From Octopus vulgaris (lineage: Eukaryota): 64,000 nucleotides of DNA. Within the stretch, counting starts at the first letter, position 1. Each line of letters begins with the position of its first letter. The notes under the pieces are model-generated. The model made no database searches. It saw only the letters and a list, made by a program, of their open reading frames with translations, and was not told where the DNA came from. This document shows, piece by piece, positions 1 through 14,181 of this stretch. The stretch spans positions 6,138,001 through 6,202,000 of the forward strand of contig OX597830.1 of assembly GCA_951406725.2 (NCBI GenBank), written 5' to 3'. Both the position numbers and the translations under genes were made by a program.

Positions 1-190
1 TCTTTCAGCTTCTTGACATTTATTCTATAGAACATGGAACAAAAATATCTAAGATGTCTCAGAGCCGGATAAAAAGGTGAAGAGGTAAATTTAATTTCCG
101 TAAAACATTGAGTTCGTTACTTTACCATTTCTATCTCACTCTCTACTACCTTAATATGTAGATCATGTATTCCGTACTAAAACGCAAGGA

Positions 191-536
<346 letters not shown>

Positions 537-539
537 TAC

Positions 540-1150
540 AGAGCCGGTCAAAGTGCATAGAGGTATTTCGTGCGTCTTTACCTCCTGCGTACAAATGCTG
601 CTGAGGTGGACTTTGCCTTCCATCCTTTCAAAGTGATAGAATGATGTACCAGTGTTAAGGCGGCGAGCTGGCAGAAACGTTAGCACGCCGGGCGAAATGC
701 TTAGCAGTATTTCGTCTGCCGCTACGTTCTGAGTTCAAATTCCGCAGAGGTCGACTTTGCCTTTCATCCTTTCGAGGTCGATTAAATAAGTACCAGTTAC
801 GCAGTGGGGTCAATATAATCGACTTCATCCGTCTGTCTGTCCTTGTTTGTCTCCTCTGTATTTAGCCCCTTGTGGATAGTAAAAACGTAGGTATATAATC
901 TGTCGCTACGTTCTGAGTTCAAATTCCGCCGAGGTCGACTTTGCCTTTCATCCTTTCGAGGTCGAGTAAATAAGTACCAGTTACGCACTGGGATCGATAT
1001 AATCGACTTAATCCATTTGTCTGTCCTTGTTTGTCCCCTCTGTGTGTAGACCCTTAGGAGCAGTAGAGAAATAAGAATTATGTACCAGTGTTGAAGTCGG
1101 GTCGATGTAATCGTGTAATCGCTTATATTTTTGGTTTGTGCCTCTACTGA
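540..1150 (+). mobile_element. tRNA-derived SINE cluster (Nin/Deu-domain-like family): one headed copy plus tandem headless 3' partial copies
   Basis: Head AAGGCGGCGAGCTGGCAGAAACGTTAG at ~657 and B-box-like GAGTTCAAATTCC. The central GTCGACTTTGCCTTTCATCCTTTCG(A/G)GGTCGATTAAATAAGTACCAG resembles the Nin/Deu SINE domain (recalled). The body repeats again from ~897. Confidence 0.85.
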
Positions 1151-1214
1151 AAACAGTTGTTAAACTCCAACTTTTCTTCTCGTTATGAAAACACAATAAA
1201 CAACAATAAAAAAA

Positions 1215-1510
1215 TGGACCTCCGTCGTTTTCGACGACAAAGATTCCCGTTCATCCGATTAATGAACACCTTTGAATTTAATGTACAAGTAGCTGAGTAC
1301 TCCACTAACACGAGTACACTTGACGTGATTCTTAGGGTGATTCACTGCGATACAAAATGTGACAAGGCTGACTCCCTTTGAATTACTGGTACGACTCATT
1401 TTTGCCAGTTGTGCAGACTGAAACAGCGAGAAAAAAAAAGAATTTTGGCTCAAGGACAAAACCTTGTCGCCGGGAATTGAACTCATGACCTTACGATCGT
1501 GCGCTCAATT
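1215..1510 (-). mobile_element. tRNA-derived SINE (second CORE-like family), degenerate
   Basis: Minus strand reads GATCGTAAGGTCATGAGTTCAATTCCCGGCGAC...GTCCTTGAGCC (B box, then CORE-like segment); related to the copy at 44326. Confidence 0.7.
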
Positions 1511-2984
1511 AATTAACCGCTAAGCAATGAGCCTTCGCTGCAAGTCACAGTAGTCAACTGTCTGTTAACTGAACATAAATAGCTCTGAGAGTCAATAATA
1601 GATATTTCCCAAGTGAGACTGACCAGTTTCAGAATCCGGATCCGGATACGTGTACAGACTAGATTTAAGTTAGACTTATTTAAACCACATCTTTTCATAT
1701 TCATTACACACAAGCAATTAACTAATTAACTATAAACAATGTCAAAATAATCAATAATAGTAAAGTTTTATTTATTTCCTTTCAAAAATCACCGAAAGAT
1801 TCAGAGTCGGATTGATTTAGTTCCAAATCTTATCTCTTTTAGTTTCTGCTAATCTTGAAACAGTAATAGAGTTTCAGTTTATATCACGTTTCATATTTTT
1901 TTATAGAAATATTTCGTTTTTTGATTTTTAAATCTTAATTTCTGTAGCAAACTCGGGGGAATCGGGGCAAATATTTACTAAGAAAAACAATATTTCTTCT
2001 AATTGTTTCTTTGAGTGTGAATTTGTTTATGAGTGTGTATGTATGTGTGTTTGTTTGTGTGTATGTGTGTATGTGTGTGTGTGTGTGTGAATGCATGTTT
2101 GTGTATAAATGTTTTTATAAGTGCGTGAATATGTTTATTAATTTGCGCGTATGTGTGTTTTTGTGCTTGCGTATATATGTATTTGTATGCGAATGTGTTT
2201 GTGTGTGGACGATTGCGTAGATCCCATATGCGTATGAAATGTCTGTGTGTCTGCTGTTTTGTATTTTAGATATTTTAATTTTCCAGCTTTATTTTTTCAT
2301 TTGTTTGTTTATTCATTTATCAATTCATAAATTCCTTGTGACTTGGGATTCGAATAAAACGGGTTCATTAGTATCTAATGGCCGAGCGAGAATGAATATA
2401 CGCCAAACTGTTACTTTACTAAAACGAATCCTAAATAGTCTTCAGATATTTCCTAGTAATTTGAAAACAATAATTAATATTATTTTTACGCAATTTCATT
2501 AAATATGGACGTCAAACACTAGTCTTTCCTGTGCGCATGTTCTTTGCAAATATGTTAGGTGATTTTTTTCTTTCTATTTTGTCCAGGCGACTTATCCCAT
2601 CTCTACCAATTGTTTTCATTATTGCAAATATGAGATGAATAGCTTAATCTCTATTTTTTCCTTTTCTTTGGATGAAGAAATGGATTTTCTGATTCACCTA
2701 ATTTAGAAATTGATTTTATCGTTCTTCATTAAAAGGCTTTTAGCGATATTTGATAATCTGAAACTGTAGACTGCCAGATGGAGGGCAGTTGTTGCATTTG
2801 TATTGCAGATGGCTGTCTTCGGCCAGTTTCTTGCCACCACCTGGCCTCAGAATGTCTTATTCCTAAAAGCAGAATAAAATCCATGTTGTATAAAAATATT
2901 AAGCTCGTGACGTCAGGAATAAACTGTAGAGCAAGTGATGTCTTTCACAACAACATCAGTTTTTTTTTTAAATACTGATGTCAA

Positions 2985-3545
2985 ATTTTGGGATAAGGCC
3001 AACAGATTATGAGGGAAGGGGTAAGTCGATCACATCGACTCTAGTGTTCAACTGGATATTATTTTATTGGCCTTGGAAAGGCAGAATCGTTAGCACGCCG
3101 GGTGAAATGCTTAGCAGTATTTCGTCTGCCGTTACGTTATGAGTTCAAATAACGCCGAGGTCGACTTTGCCTTTCATCCTTTCGGGGTCGATTAAATAAG
3201 TACCAGTTACGCACTGGAGTCGATATAATCGACTTAATCCGTTTGTCTGTCCTTGTTTGTCCTCTCTGTGTTTAGCTCCTTGTGGTTAGTAAAGAAATAG
3301 GCATTTCGTCTGCCGCTACGTTCTGAGTTCAAATTCCGTCGAGGTCGACTTTGCATTTCATCCTTTCGGGGTCGATAAATTATGCACCAGTTATGCACTG
3401 GGATCGATGTAATTGACTTAATCCTGTTTGTTCCCTCTGTGTGTAGCTGTAGTTCACCCGTCGCTGCGTTCTGAGTTCAAATTCTGCCGAAGTCGATTTT
3501 ACCTTTCATCCTTTCGGGGTCGATGAAATAAGTAAAAGTTAAGTG
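2985..3545 (+). mobile_element. Nin/Deu-like SINE cluster: inverted tail fragment (~2985-3075), then one copy with two tandem 3' partial repeats
   Basis: Same sequence as 657-1080; the GTTCAAAT...GTCGACTTTGC...TTTCATCCTTTCGGGGTCGAT block occurs three times. Confidence 0.85.
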
Positions 3546-3774
3546 CTACACTGCGCTCGTATTAATCTATGGAACTACAACTGGGGAATTAGAAGGCCAT
3601 AACTTAGGCCTGCTGAAGTTGTAAAATTTCTTTGATAACCACTTCTAACTCTTTCCGGGTGTATGACACAGACCCCAGTCCTGCTCTCACATATATGGCC
3701 TTCCAGCAACAAGTGTCTGCAAACATGGTTTGACCACAGTCACCAGCAGTTTCACGTCGGTATTTGAATTGAGC

Positions 3775-4012
3775 AAGGCGGCGAGCTGGCAGAAACGTTA
3801 GCACGCCGGCCGAAATGCGGTGCCGTATTTCGTCTGCCGTTACGTTCTGAGTTCAAATTCCGCTGAGGTCGACTTTGCCTTTCATCCTTTCGGGGTCGAT
3901 AAATTAAGTACCAGTTGCGTACTGGGGTCGATATAATCGACTTAATCCGTTTGTCTGTCCTTGTTTGTCCATTCTGTGTTTAGCCCCTTGTGGGTAGTAA
4001 AGAAATAGGCAT
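3775..4012 (+). mobile_element. Nin/Deu-like tRNA SINE, full-length copy
   Basis: Near-identical to 657-890; flanked by TTTGAATTGAGC on both sides (3763-3774 and 4012-4023), a probable 12-bp target-site duplication. Confidence 0.88.
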
Positions 4013-4459
4013 TTGAATTGAGCCTCGATCCCTCTTTAAAAATATCGGCGTGTGGATACAAGCAGAACACCTGCCGTGTCACTATAGTCTCCGTTGCAGC
4101 TGTCCATGTCATGTCTTACAGCTTTTACATCGATCACAGAGCAATGACCAGCAGGTACGATGTTGACATTTTGATACCCGGCACCAATCATCATAATTCA
4201 GATCACTCTTTAGAAATATTCACACGGCTTCTAGTCCTCCATGGCAGCTAATTGTTTCTCAACTACAACTTTAATACTTATGCTCTCCAACGCTGTTTAT
4301 TGTTCAGAAACGCAACAAACTGTCCTGGAAAAAGCAGACATTAATATAATCAAATTTAGCCCTAATGTCCTGTCATACTACATTAATACTATACACATTA
4401 TATATATATATACATATATGTGTGTGTGTGTATGTGCATGTATGTGTGTGTAGATATAT

Positions 4460-4744
<285 letters not shown>

Positions 4745-6706
4745 TAGATATAGATATAGATATAGATATAGATATATATATATGTCTGTATACATATATG
4801 TGTATATATGTATATATAGATACATGCATATATATATATATATACATGCACACATATACATATACTAATTTGGTACATATAATACCATATGCTATTATCA
4901 TCCTTCACGTCATTGCGTGAGGAAATAAGACGATGAAATATTTGCCGTCCGTATGAGTAACAATGATGGTGTGCCTGTTTCTGTGTTGGCCTTCTCAGAG
5001 AAGGGAAAAAAGACTATTGACCTCTTCTGGGCCAACCTGTGTGGTAGGAATAAGAGAGTAAGTTATGCTCACACCCATGACCTGGCCTAAAATGCAGAAT
5101 CATCTCGTACGCCATTAAAGTCTTCCATTTTGATTTTATTTAACTGGAGGACAATTGAATTACTTCTTGTTTCTTGAAACCGGTCAACTGTGGTCAGCTG
5201 CGGTCGACCAAATCTATGATCAAGGATGTTTTCTGTCTCGTCTCATTTTTTTGTGTATCAACCCCTACATTACCTAAGTGGGCCTTATTTCGGTAAGATA
5301 ACGTGGTAGTATTTCGTTGGTTGATGTTAACATGCTAATTGATCCGGGATCAGTGTAGATTAAACGAAACTATGACCCACAGTATTCTAATTATGACCAC
5401 CCCATCTTATATCGAAAATGTATCTTACACTATAATATTTAACTCTTCACAACGTTTTAAAGAGCAGCAGTACGTGATTTAGGAGCGATCTAGTCGTTAT
5501 TTCTAGCAGGGGTGACCACCACGCAGCGTTTCTGATATGTTTAGGAAGTGAACTAAACCAGTAGGTGTCAGCAGAGTAGGACTGATTCGTGGGAGTTGGC
5601 AGTTTTGTATGTTTTAGACACAGAAATACATACAATTCGTCATATTTAATGATTAATAGGGGAGAATAATCTGCCGTCATCTGAAGAGCAACAGCATAAA
5701 CATACTTTGAAGCATTGAATATATAACAAAAAACCGAAACCCCTTATTTGGAATTAACTAAAACGCTGTGAATGTTTGGGACATATTGTTAAGCCTCAGT
5801 ACTTCTAAGAATATTTTCGCAGAACCTACTGCATATTAGAAGAAATTCTAGCCGTCATTCTTCGGCCGTAAAAAATTATATTAGTAGCATTAAAAGGGAA
5901 ATATACAATATATAGCTCTAAAAACGCAAAAGTATTCAGTCGAGTTGTTCGTTGTTATAATGATATGATGAAACCAAACAAATATGAATTAAAGAGAACG
6001 AGGAACGTAAAACCATAGAAGAGTAAATTAAATACAAAAAAAAAAAGAAATCATTTCCTTAAGCTGTTTCTTTACTTCGAGAGTAAAGTCACAAACAGCT
6101 ATAAATTTCTTAACGATGATTAGAAAACATTTCCTCAACACCCGCAGCAACCTGAAGCTATACAATGAAAACACGAAAAAGGGTTTAGGTATAGTTGTAT
6201 AGAAAATATCACAAACTTAATATCATTAGATATAATTATACACCGAGGGGGAAAATACGCCCAGCGCAAGAAAGCAACTACCGCAACACAATATTGTGTT
6301 CGCTCAATAATATTCACATCTCAAAGAAACCCGAATATTGACATGTGGTGTTATTTGAAGTTTGGTATAAAAAGAAATTATTATGAGATCAAAAGGATCG
6401 AGTTTCGAGGCATTATATAGCATATCCCGAGAGAAATTACCCCTATACCTTGTCTGAGTACGTTTAGTGTTTAAAAGAGAGAAAATTGAGAACACTTCAA
6501 TAAGCTAATCATTAACTGGAACCGCAGAAAATTACATTAACGTATATAATAGTTAGCTCTTATGTTTGATGGAGCGGTTCATTAGCTCCATGAATCCTTT
6601 CGTGACACTCGGTAAATAACACGTGATGGTGTCGAAAGGCAGACACAAACACAAACAAATCTTGAACAACAGTTTCCCAAGCATCATCAATTGTTGCGCT
6701 GGTTAT

Positions 6707-6850
6707 AAGGCGGCGATTTAACAGTCGCTTATACAGTGGACGAAATACCTTGACGTATAAATTTCGTTAGCTTGAGTTTAGAGTTCAAATCACGTCGGTT
6801 AACTTTATATTTCATCTTTCTGGGACTGGATGAATAAAGTACCATTCCAG
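6707..6850 (+). mobile_element. Highly degenerate Nin/Deu-like SINE
   Basis: AAGGCGGCG head, GAGTTCAAATC and TTTCATCTTTCTGGG...AAAGTACC remnants. Confidence 0.55.
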
Positions 6851-7725
6851 AGAAGAATCATTAGATTATCGGATATGTTGCCTTGCAACATATGCTTCAG
6901 GTTCTTGCGTTCTGATTGAAACTACCAAAGTATCTTTCGTTGTTAATAGATAATCTAGTGTCGAGTTTAACACCAGCACCTGGGGGTCTTCATTGACTTT
7001 AGAGGTGTATCTTAATTGGCAATACCTCGGGCGAGGTCGTTTCCAGTTTAAGAATATCAACACACGCGCTACCATCCTTGAGGACTCAGCAGAGCATTAC
7101 AGTCACTGCCATTCACTCCTAAAACAAAATGTAAAAAAGTGAAAATAGAAATACTTCTTGATACGACCAACACGGACTTAACGGAAAAATGTACATTTTC
7201 TGTGGCAAGAAACAATTTAAACTTCGTGCCAGTCCAATACAATTATGTGTGAGCTATGCGAAACTCGGATTGACGAGCGATTTAAATTCAGCTTTAAGTA
7301 AATGAACACTTTAGACTACATTTTACATTGCAGCGACAACGGAAGATTTGATTTGTCATGGTCTACAAGTCAGAAGGAAAGAAATTAGAATGTTTTACTC
7401 AAAACGTAGAACTGAAAACTTGCGACATAGGAATTTCCGCTAAAGGCGTTCAAGGAAGTGGTGGTGACGTTTAAACTTGCGAAAGTATATTCGTTTCGTT
7501 TTTGTGCTATTTACGGTTCACAGAAATGCCTATAGAAAAAAAATGAAAACAAATAGATCTGTCACATAGAAGTGGAATTCTGTTGTTGAAGTCAGATGAT
7601 TAATAAAATAAACAAACACCGTTAAAAACGTCAACCACTCATCAGCCTCTGCTGTGTGTCACTCTTTTGTGTACCCTAAACTCAATCGACCACATAATGC
7701 ACACATTACATATATATATATATAT

Positions 7726-9310
7726 GCAGAATCGCGGCAAACGCCAGTCGCAATCCAAAAATATTCTTTGCCCATGTCCAACGGAATTCCCGCTTGAACA
7801 ACCAAATTGCAAAGTCGGTAGACTCAACAGCCGTATCGATTGAGGACGCTTATCAGCAGAGTCAGTTATTTGCCGAGGCTTTTTCGACAAATTTCAAACA
7901 AGATGATGGTCGTGAACCCCCTCCATTTGATAGATGAGTACCTCCAATTGGTCATCACTCGTGACGAAGTCGAACGCGTTATTCAAGGCTTCGATGTCAA
8001 CAAGGGTCACAGCCCTGACGTCATACACACACAGGTTATCAAAGCGTTGGCTCCGGTCATCTGCGAACCTTTAACACTTCTATTCAATATGTCAATGGCG
8101 ATGGGTGTTGTACCTGCGGACTGGAGAACAGCGATAATCTGCCCGATTTTCAAGAAACGGAGCCGCGAAGACCCGCTTAACTACCGAGCGGTTTCCCTTA
8201 CTTCAATAATCAGCAAGATTACTTGTCAAGCTTCAAGCATATCGTTTCCATCCGAATATTGTATGATGGGTTGGTGCCTTCCTCTCAGATCGTTCCTTCC
8301 AAGTCCAAGTTAATGTTTCGCTGTCCGACGTCTCCAGTGCGAGCAGTGGCGTGCCGCAAGGTTCAGTGCTTGGGCCGTTATTGTTTTTAGTCTTCATCAA
8401 TGACTTGCCCGACGACCTCACGCAGCATACCCTTCTTTTTTGCCGACGATGTAAAACTGGTTACTCCTCGCAGTGAAATAGATGATCTTCGTCGATGCCT
8501 CCACCAAGTTTGGAGATGGTCAAACGAATGAGACCTGTGTCTGAACGTGTCAAAGTGCTGTCATCTGCCTGTTAGCTCCTTTCCTGCAACTCAACTTAAT
8601 TTCGAGCCTGGTCGTCTGCTGCTGGACAAGACCGACCAAGTAAAGGACGTGGGTATTTTGGTGGATTCTTCCTCTTCACCTTAGACCCAATGCGTCCATG
8701 CTGCCAACAAAGCACGCGGAGTTCTGTTTTTGATTCGACAGTCATTCGGAATGCTCACAGCAGCCATATTCCTACCGCTCTATGTCACGCTGGGGAGACC
8801 CATATTGGAGTACGGGATTCAAGCCTTTTCTCCTTATCTGCTCAAAGACATATATCATCTCGAAAGAGTCCAGAAGCTGGCTACCCGCATAGTCCTTGGT
8901 CTCAAGCATTTGTCTTATGAAGAAAGACTGAAGACGTTCGATCTTTATTCTCTCGAAAAACGACGACGCCGTGGTGATATTCTCGCTCACAACATCATAA
9001 GCGGAAAGTGTAACCTCTCGAAAGAGCTGTTCTTCACTCCTGCTCCAGGGCGTGGGCTGCTGGGTCACTCCGAAAAGCTCTATCTACGACGATTTCATCT
9101 CAGTCGAAGGAGAGGGGCTTTCTCCGTCCGGGTTGCGGATCCGTGGAATAAGCTGCCGGACGAGATATTGAAGATGCCGACGACCGCTCGGTTCAAAGTC
9201 TCTCTTACCCAAAACTCTTTGTATGACCACCCTTCCTGTACATAACTCCCTGTCCACCTACATGGCCTTGATTTTGCTTTTTGAGCCAATAAAAATTGAA
9301 TTGAATTGAA
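7726..9310 (+). mobile_element. CR1/L2-clade LINE, 5'-truncated ORF2 (reverse transcriptase) pseudogene with 3' tail
   Basis: Motifs PADWRTAIICPIFKK..R....[38 protein letters not shown] (frameshifted), RPILEY, YEERLK..L..LEKRR.RGD and FSVRVADPWNKLP. Ends AATAAA followed by (TTGAA)3. Flanked by (TA)n; contains stops, frameshifts and an internal deletion near 8230. Confidence 0.93.
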
Positions 9311-9356
9311 AAAAAAGATATATAAGCATTAAATATATATATGTACATATATACGC

Positions 9357-9405
<49 letters not shown>

Positions 9406-9444
9406 ACGCATTATATGTACAAGTGTATACAAATTATATATATT

Positions 9445-9486
<42 letters not shown>

Positions 9487-9819
9487 CAGATATATACACT
9501 TGTATATATACATTATATATACATATTTATATATAGAACACACACATACATATATAAATTAACCCAATAAATATCTGATTCATAATATTTGTTCTCATGA
9601 TTGTGTGGTGGTGGTCGTGGCGATAATAATTCTCTCTATGAATGGAGACGGACGTAGAGAGAGGGGGGATGTGGGAGAAAGAGTGACAGCGCTGGCGAAG
9701 GCGGCGGGGGAAAGATAGTAGACGCTGTCAAACGACGTTATAGAGAGAACGTGAAAGGAAGGGAGGAATGACAGAGAGACAGAGGAAGACAGGCAGATAA
9801 GAGAGTGAGAGAAGACTTG

Positions 9820-10025
9820 TCAAAGTGTGCGTTTTTAGCACTAGCAATGACACCTTTTAAGATAGGGATTTCTAACCTAGCCCATTCACATCCTCATCTC
9901 ATTTTACATGTCCCTGGAAATTTTGGAGTCAATCCGACGGGATCTAAAGCCCTTTAACCCGTTCCAATGCCAAAACCAGACAAACAAACAAACTTTCTCA
10001 TTTCAGAATTATAAATATTGACTTG
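9820..10025 (+). mobile_element. Possible non-autonomous Helitron/Helentron-type (DINE-1/Lep1-like) 3' portion
   Basis: ...CCCTGGAAATTTTGGAGTCAATCCGACGG...CAGACAAACAAACAAACTTTCTCATTTCAGAATTATAAATATTGACT resembles the (ACAA)n-CTTTC..ATTTATAATATT terminus of those families (from memory only). Confidence 0.4.
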
Positions 10026-10091
10026 ATATGTTAATAAGCATATACAGGCATACATACATACACACGCACGCACATGCACACACATATAGTT

Positions 10092-10244
10092 AGGCGTGGC
10101 TGTGTGGTAACAAACCTGCATCCTAACCACAGGGTTGTGGGTACAGTCCCACTGTGTGTTACCATGGGCAAGTGTCTTCTACTATAGCTTGGAGCCGACG
10201 AAAGCCTTGTGAGTGGATTTGGTAGACGGAAACTGAAAGAAGCC

Positions 10245-10245
<1 letters not shown>
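10092..10245 (+). mobile_element. CORE-like tRNA SINE (major family), 5' half
   Basis: GGCGTGGCTGTGTGGTAA...CAGTCCCACTG...GGGCAAGTGTCTTCTACTATAGC...GGATTTGGTAGACGGAAACTGAAAGAAGCCC, shared with about ten copies in the window. Confidence 0.85.
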
Positions 10246-10800
<555 letters not shown>

Positions 10801-10802
10801 AA

Positions 10803-10856
<54 letters not shown>

Positions 10857-10971
10857 CAAACAAGATGAGGACAAATATCCGTCAAATGTAAATAATGTAA
10901 ATAATATACATAATTCCGTCATCTCTTAAATATAAAACTATAATATATATGTGCGTGTAAATATAAAACTG

Positions 10972-10975
<4 letters not shown>
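10801..10975 (+). repeat. Inverted partial copy of the 10311-10800 element
   Basis: CTGAATAAT(AAT)n-AACAACAAACAAGATGAGGACAAATATCCGTCAA is the reverse complement of ~10338-10373. A further short minus-strand tail copy lies at ~11041-11082. Confidence 0.85.
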
Positions 10976-11031
<56 letters not shown>

Positions 11032-11082
11032 GCACATATATATTACAGTTTTATATTTAAGAGATGAGGAATTATGTATATT

Positions 11083-11343
11083 ATTTAATAGCGTTTTGTT
11101 TATCATTTATGCAGTCATCAAAATTGTAATAATATCTTGTAGTTGAGATAGGTTCTCTTTCTTTCCTGATGAGAAGATTGCATAATTTTACACCGTTTAT
11201 TTCTTTGGAATAAAACCAATGTTGTCTTCGAAACATATGTCCAAAGTAAAAGAATTTGAATATATATATATATATATATATATTCAAATTCTTTGGAATA
11301 AAACCAATGTTGCCTTTGAAACATATGTCCAAAGTAAAAGAAT

Positions 11344-11385
<42 letters not shown>

Positions 11386-11800
11386 ATTCTTTTACTTTGG
11401 ACATATGTTTCGAAGACAACATTGGTTTTATTCCAAAGAAATAAACGGTGTAAAATTATGCAATCTTCTCATCAGGAAAGAAAGAGAACCTATCTCAACT
11501 ACAAGACATTATTACAATTTTGATGACTGCATAAATGATAAACAGAACGCTATTAAATATATTTTTTTAAAAGCCGTTAGTAGTTCCGACTTCAAAGGCA
11601 GACCTAGTAAGAGAAGGGGTAAAGAAGTAATAAGTAGAGAAGAAATAAAGAGGGATATATTGGTTGAAAAAATGTTCAAAGGCTTGGAAGTAGATTTCTG
11701 TATTTGAGTAAAGTGCAAGGTGAACTAAATATTCAAACTATACAGACTGGTATCGAAAAAATGGTATGAAAATGACCGTTAAACAGAGGTGTGCTTCTGC
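11083..11800. mobile_element. PLE-like terminal repeat in plus / partial plus / minus arrangement separated by (TA)n
   Basis: 11083-11260 is the near-perfect reverse complement of 11381-11558, with a partial extra copy at ~11290-11348. The minus copy extends to ~11800 with weak GIY-YIG C-terminal-like residues (HL..IFIPFFRY, KPLN). Confidence 0.75.
11161..11246 (+). ncRNA. Type I hammerhead ribozyme (minimal, palindromic stem III); second copy on minus strand ~11395-11480
   Basis: CTGATGA 11166-11172; stem II GAAGAT/GTCTTC; GAAAC 11230-11234; palindrome ACATATGT; GTC site 11239-11241; stem I CTTT(C)/(C)AAAG with a C-C mismatch next to the core. Confidence 0.72.
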
Positions 11801-11890
11801 ATGTATGCATGTATGCATGTATGTATGTATGTATGTATTTATGTATGTATGTATATATACATATATATATATATATACATATATATATAT

Positions 11891-13235
11891 CTCCAAAAAA
11901 TCGGATGTCCACCAAAGCTGCTGAGGATCATCAAGTCTTTCCATGATGACATGCAAGGCACCATACAGCACAACGGTTCAACATCAGCCGCCTTCCAAAT
12001 AAAAAACGGGGTAAAGCAAGGCTGTGTCCTCGCTCCTACATTGTTTGGCATCTTCTTCTCACTCTTGCTGTCACATGCCTTTCAGACATCAGATGATGGA
12101 GTGTTTCTGCACAGTAGAAGTGACGGGAAACTGTTCAATCTCTCGCGCCTGCGTGCCAAGACCAAAATCAGAAACGTCCTGATCAAGGAGATGTTATTTG
12201 CTGATGATGCCGCTCTGGTAACACACACAGAAGAAGCCCCCAAAGGCTCATTAACTGTTTTGTAAAGCATGTAAAGCATGTAAAGCATGTAACGACTTTG
12301 GCTTAGCTATCAGCCTTAAGAAGACCAACATCATGGGCCAGGCTACATCGGACATCCCAAACATACATATTGGAGACCACAGATTACAAGAGGTGGAGAA
12401 GTTTACCTATCTGGGCTCTACCGTCACCTACAACCTATCCCTTGACGCTGAGCTCAATATACGCATTGGCAAGGCAGCTGCTGCGATGGCCCAACTCTCC
12501 AAACGGGCTTGGGACTACAATAAGCTGACCAAGACCACAAAAATGAAGATCTACCAGGCATCTGTACTCAGCACTCTACTGTATGGAAGAGAGACCTGGA
12601 CGCTATACACACGCCAAGAGCGTCGCCTAAACATCTTTCACCTGCGCTGCCTCCGAAAAATCCTCCACATCAAATGGCAGAATCATATCCCCAACAAAGA
12701 TGTCCTCAGGCAAGCAGGAATACCAAGCATGTTTGCACTCCTCACACAAAGACGTATGAGATGGCTTGGGCATGTTAGCCGTATGAAAGATGGCAGAATC
12801 CCCAAGGACATACTCTACGGAGAGCTTGCTAGGGGTACTAGGTCTGTGGGTAGACCGATCTTACGTTACAATGATGTTTGCAAAAGGGATATGAAGGCCT
12901 GCAACATCAACATTAGCGGTTGGGAGGCAGTCGCCGGCAACCGTGGAGAATGGCGACGTACAGTAAAAGAGGGTATACAGAGGAGTGACAGAAAGAGAGA
13001 GGAGAAATGGAAAGAAAGGAAGAGACATAAACAAGAGACCATGGCACTACAACCAGCCAGGAACAGTCTTCGCTACATTTGCAGTACCTGCCAGAGGGAG
13101 TGTTTGTCCAGGATAGGACTACACAGCCACAGCAAGAAATGTAACAGGAAATAAAATATAACAGCCAGACTAGACCTAGAAAAAAAAAAAAAATGCGCAA
13201 CTCCATTGTCTCCCGAGACAGAAAGGATGCCAAAC
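11891..13235 (+). mobile_element. RTE-clade (BovB-like) LINE, 5'-truncated, RT C-terminal half plus zinc finger and 3' tail
   Basis: KIGCPPKLL..IKSFH, GVKQGCVLAPTLF, LFNL.RLRAKTK, LFADDAAL, EVEKFTYLGS, RWLGHVSRM.DGRIPK.ILYGEL and C-terminal CxxCxRxCxSRIGLxSH. Tail CCATTGTCTCCCGAGACAG..GGATGCC. Inserted in (TA)n, with one disrupted region near 12240-12290. Confidence 0.95.
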
Positions 13236-13718
13236 AATATATATATATATACATAAATACATATACATATATATATACATATATATACATATGCATATAT
13301 CTAAATGCATATATATGTGCATATATATATATATATAATAGGTTCCACCAGGGTTATCACTGGCTACTTACACAAAATTTTGGACAACAGATTTTCACAA
13401 GTTTTTATCAATTCCTATTTACACCAAGGCCGTTGCCATTTACGAAGAAGTCAGACATGGGCTAATTGCCATAAAATTGCCATTTTTCATCGCAACACAT
13501 CTGCAGTGCAGCAATGAACAGAAAAGTGAGTTTATAAGAAAATTTCCCGTGAGAAGTCATAGAACGAGATCCTTCACACGATATTGTCTTCTTCTGTAGC
13601 GTCACCATTTCTCTCTGATTTATGCTGACTTGTCTAATTGTTGAATCTAATTTAAATCGATCTACGCAAGAGACAGTATGAAGTTTAAAATTCATACAAT
13701 TAATCACCTATCGATCTA

Positions 13719-13780
<62 letters not shown>

Positions 13781-14077
13781 CGTGTGTGTGTATGTGTGTG
13801 TATGTGTGTGTCTCTACGTGTGTATGTATATGTGTGTGTGCATATTTATATACTCATATATATTTGCATACCTCTATCTGTATGTACATCTATATTCGTA
13901 TGTATGTATAGGTTTATATATATATATGAAGGTATAAGTATATTTGTACGGCAGAAAGGGAGAGAAGTAAGAGGGAGACAAAGTGACAGGAGCAGATACA
14001 TGAAGAAGATGGAATAATTAAAGATATAGACTACACAGAGCGCCATCTGTTTCGTCTCCATTCTATATGTATGTATG

Positions 14078-14132
<55 letters not shown>

Positions 14133-14148
14133 TATATATATATTTAGT

Positions 14149-14181
<33 letters not shown>

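Noticed and set aside
7625-7660. CTGATGAG on the minus strand as a hammerhead
   Set aside because: No stem II followed by GAAA and no stem I partner.
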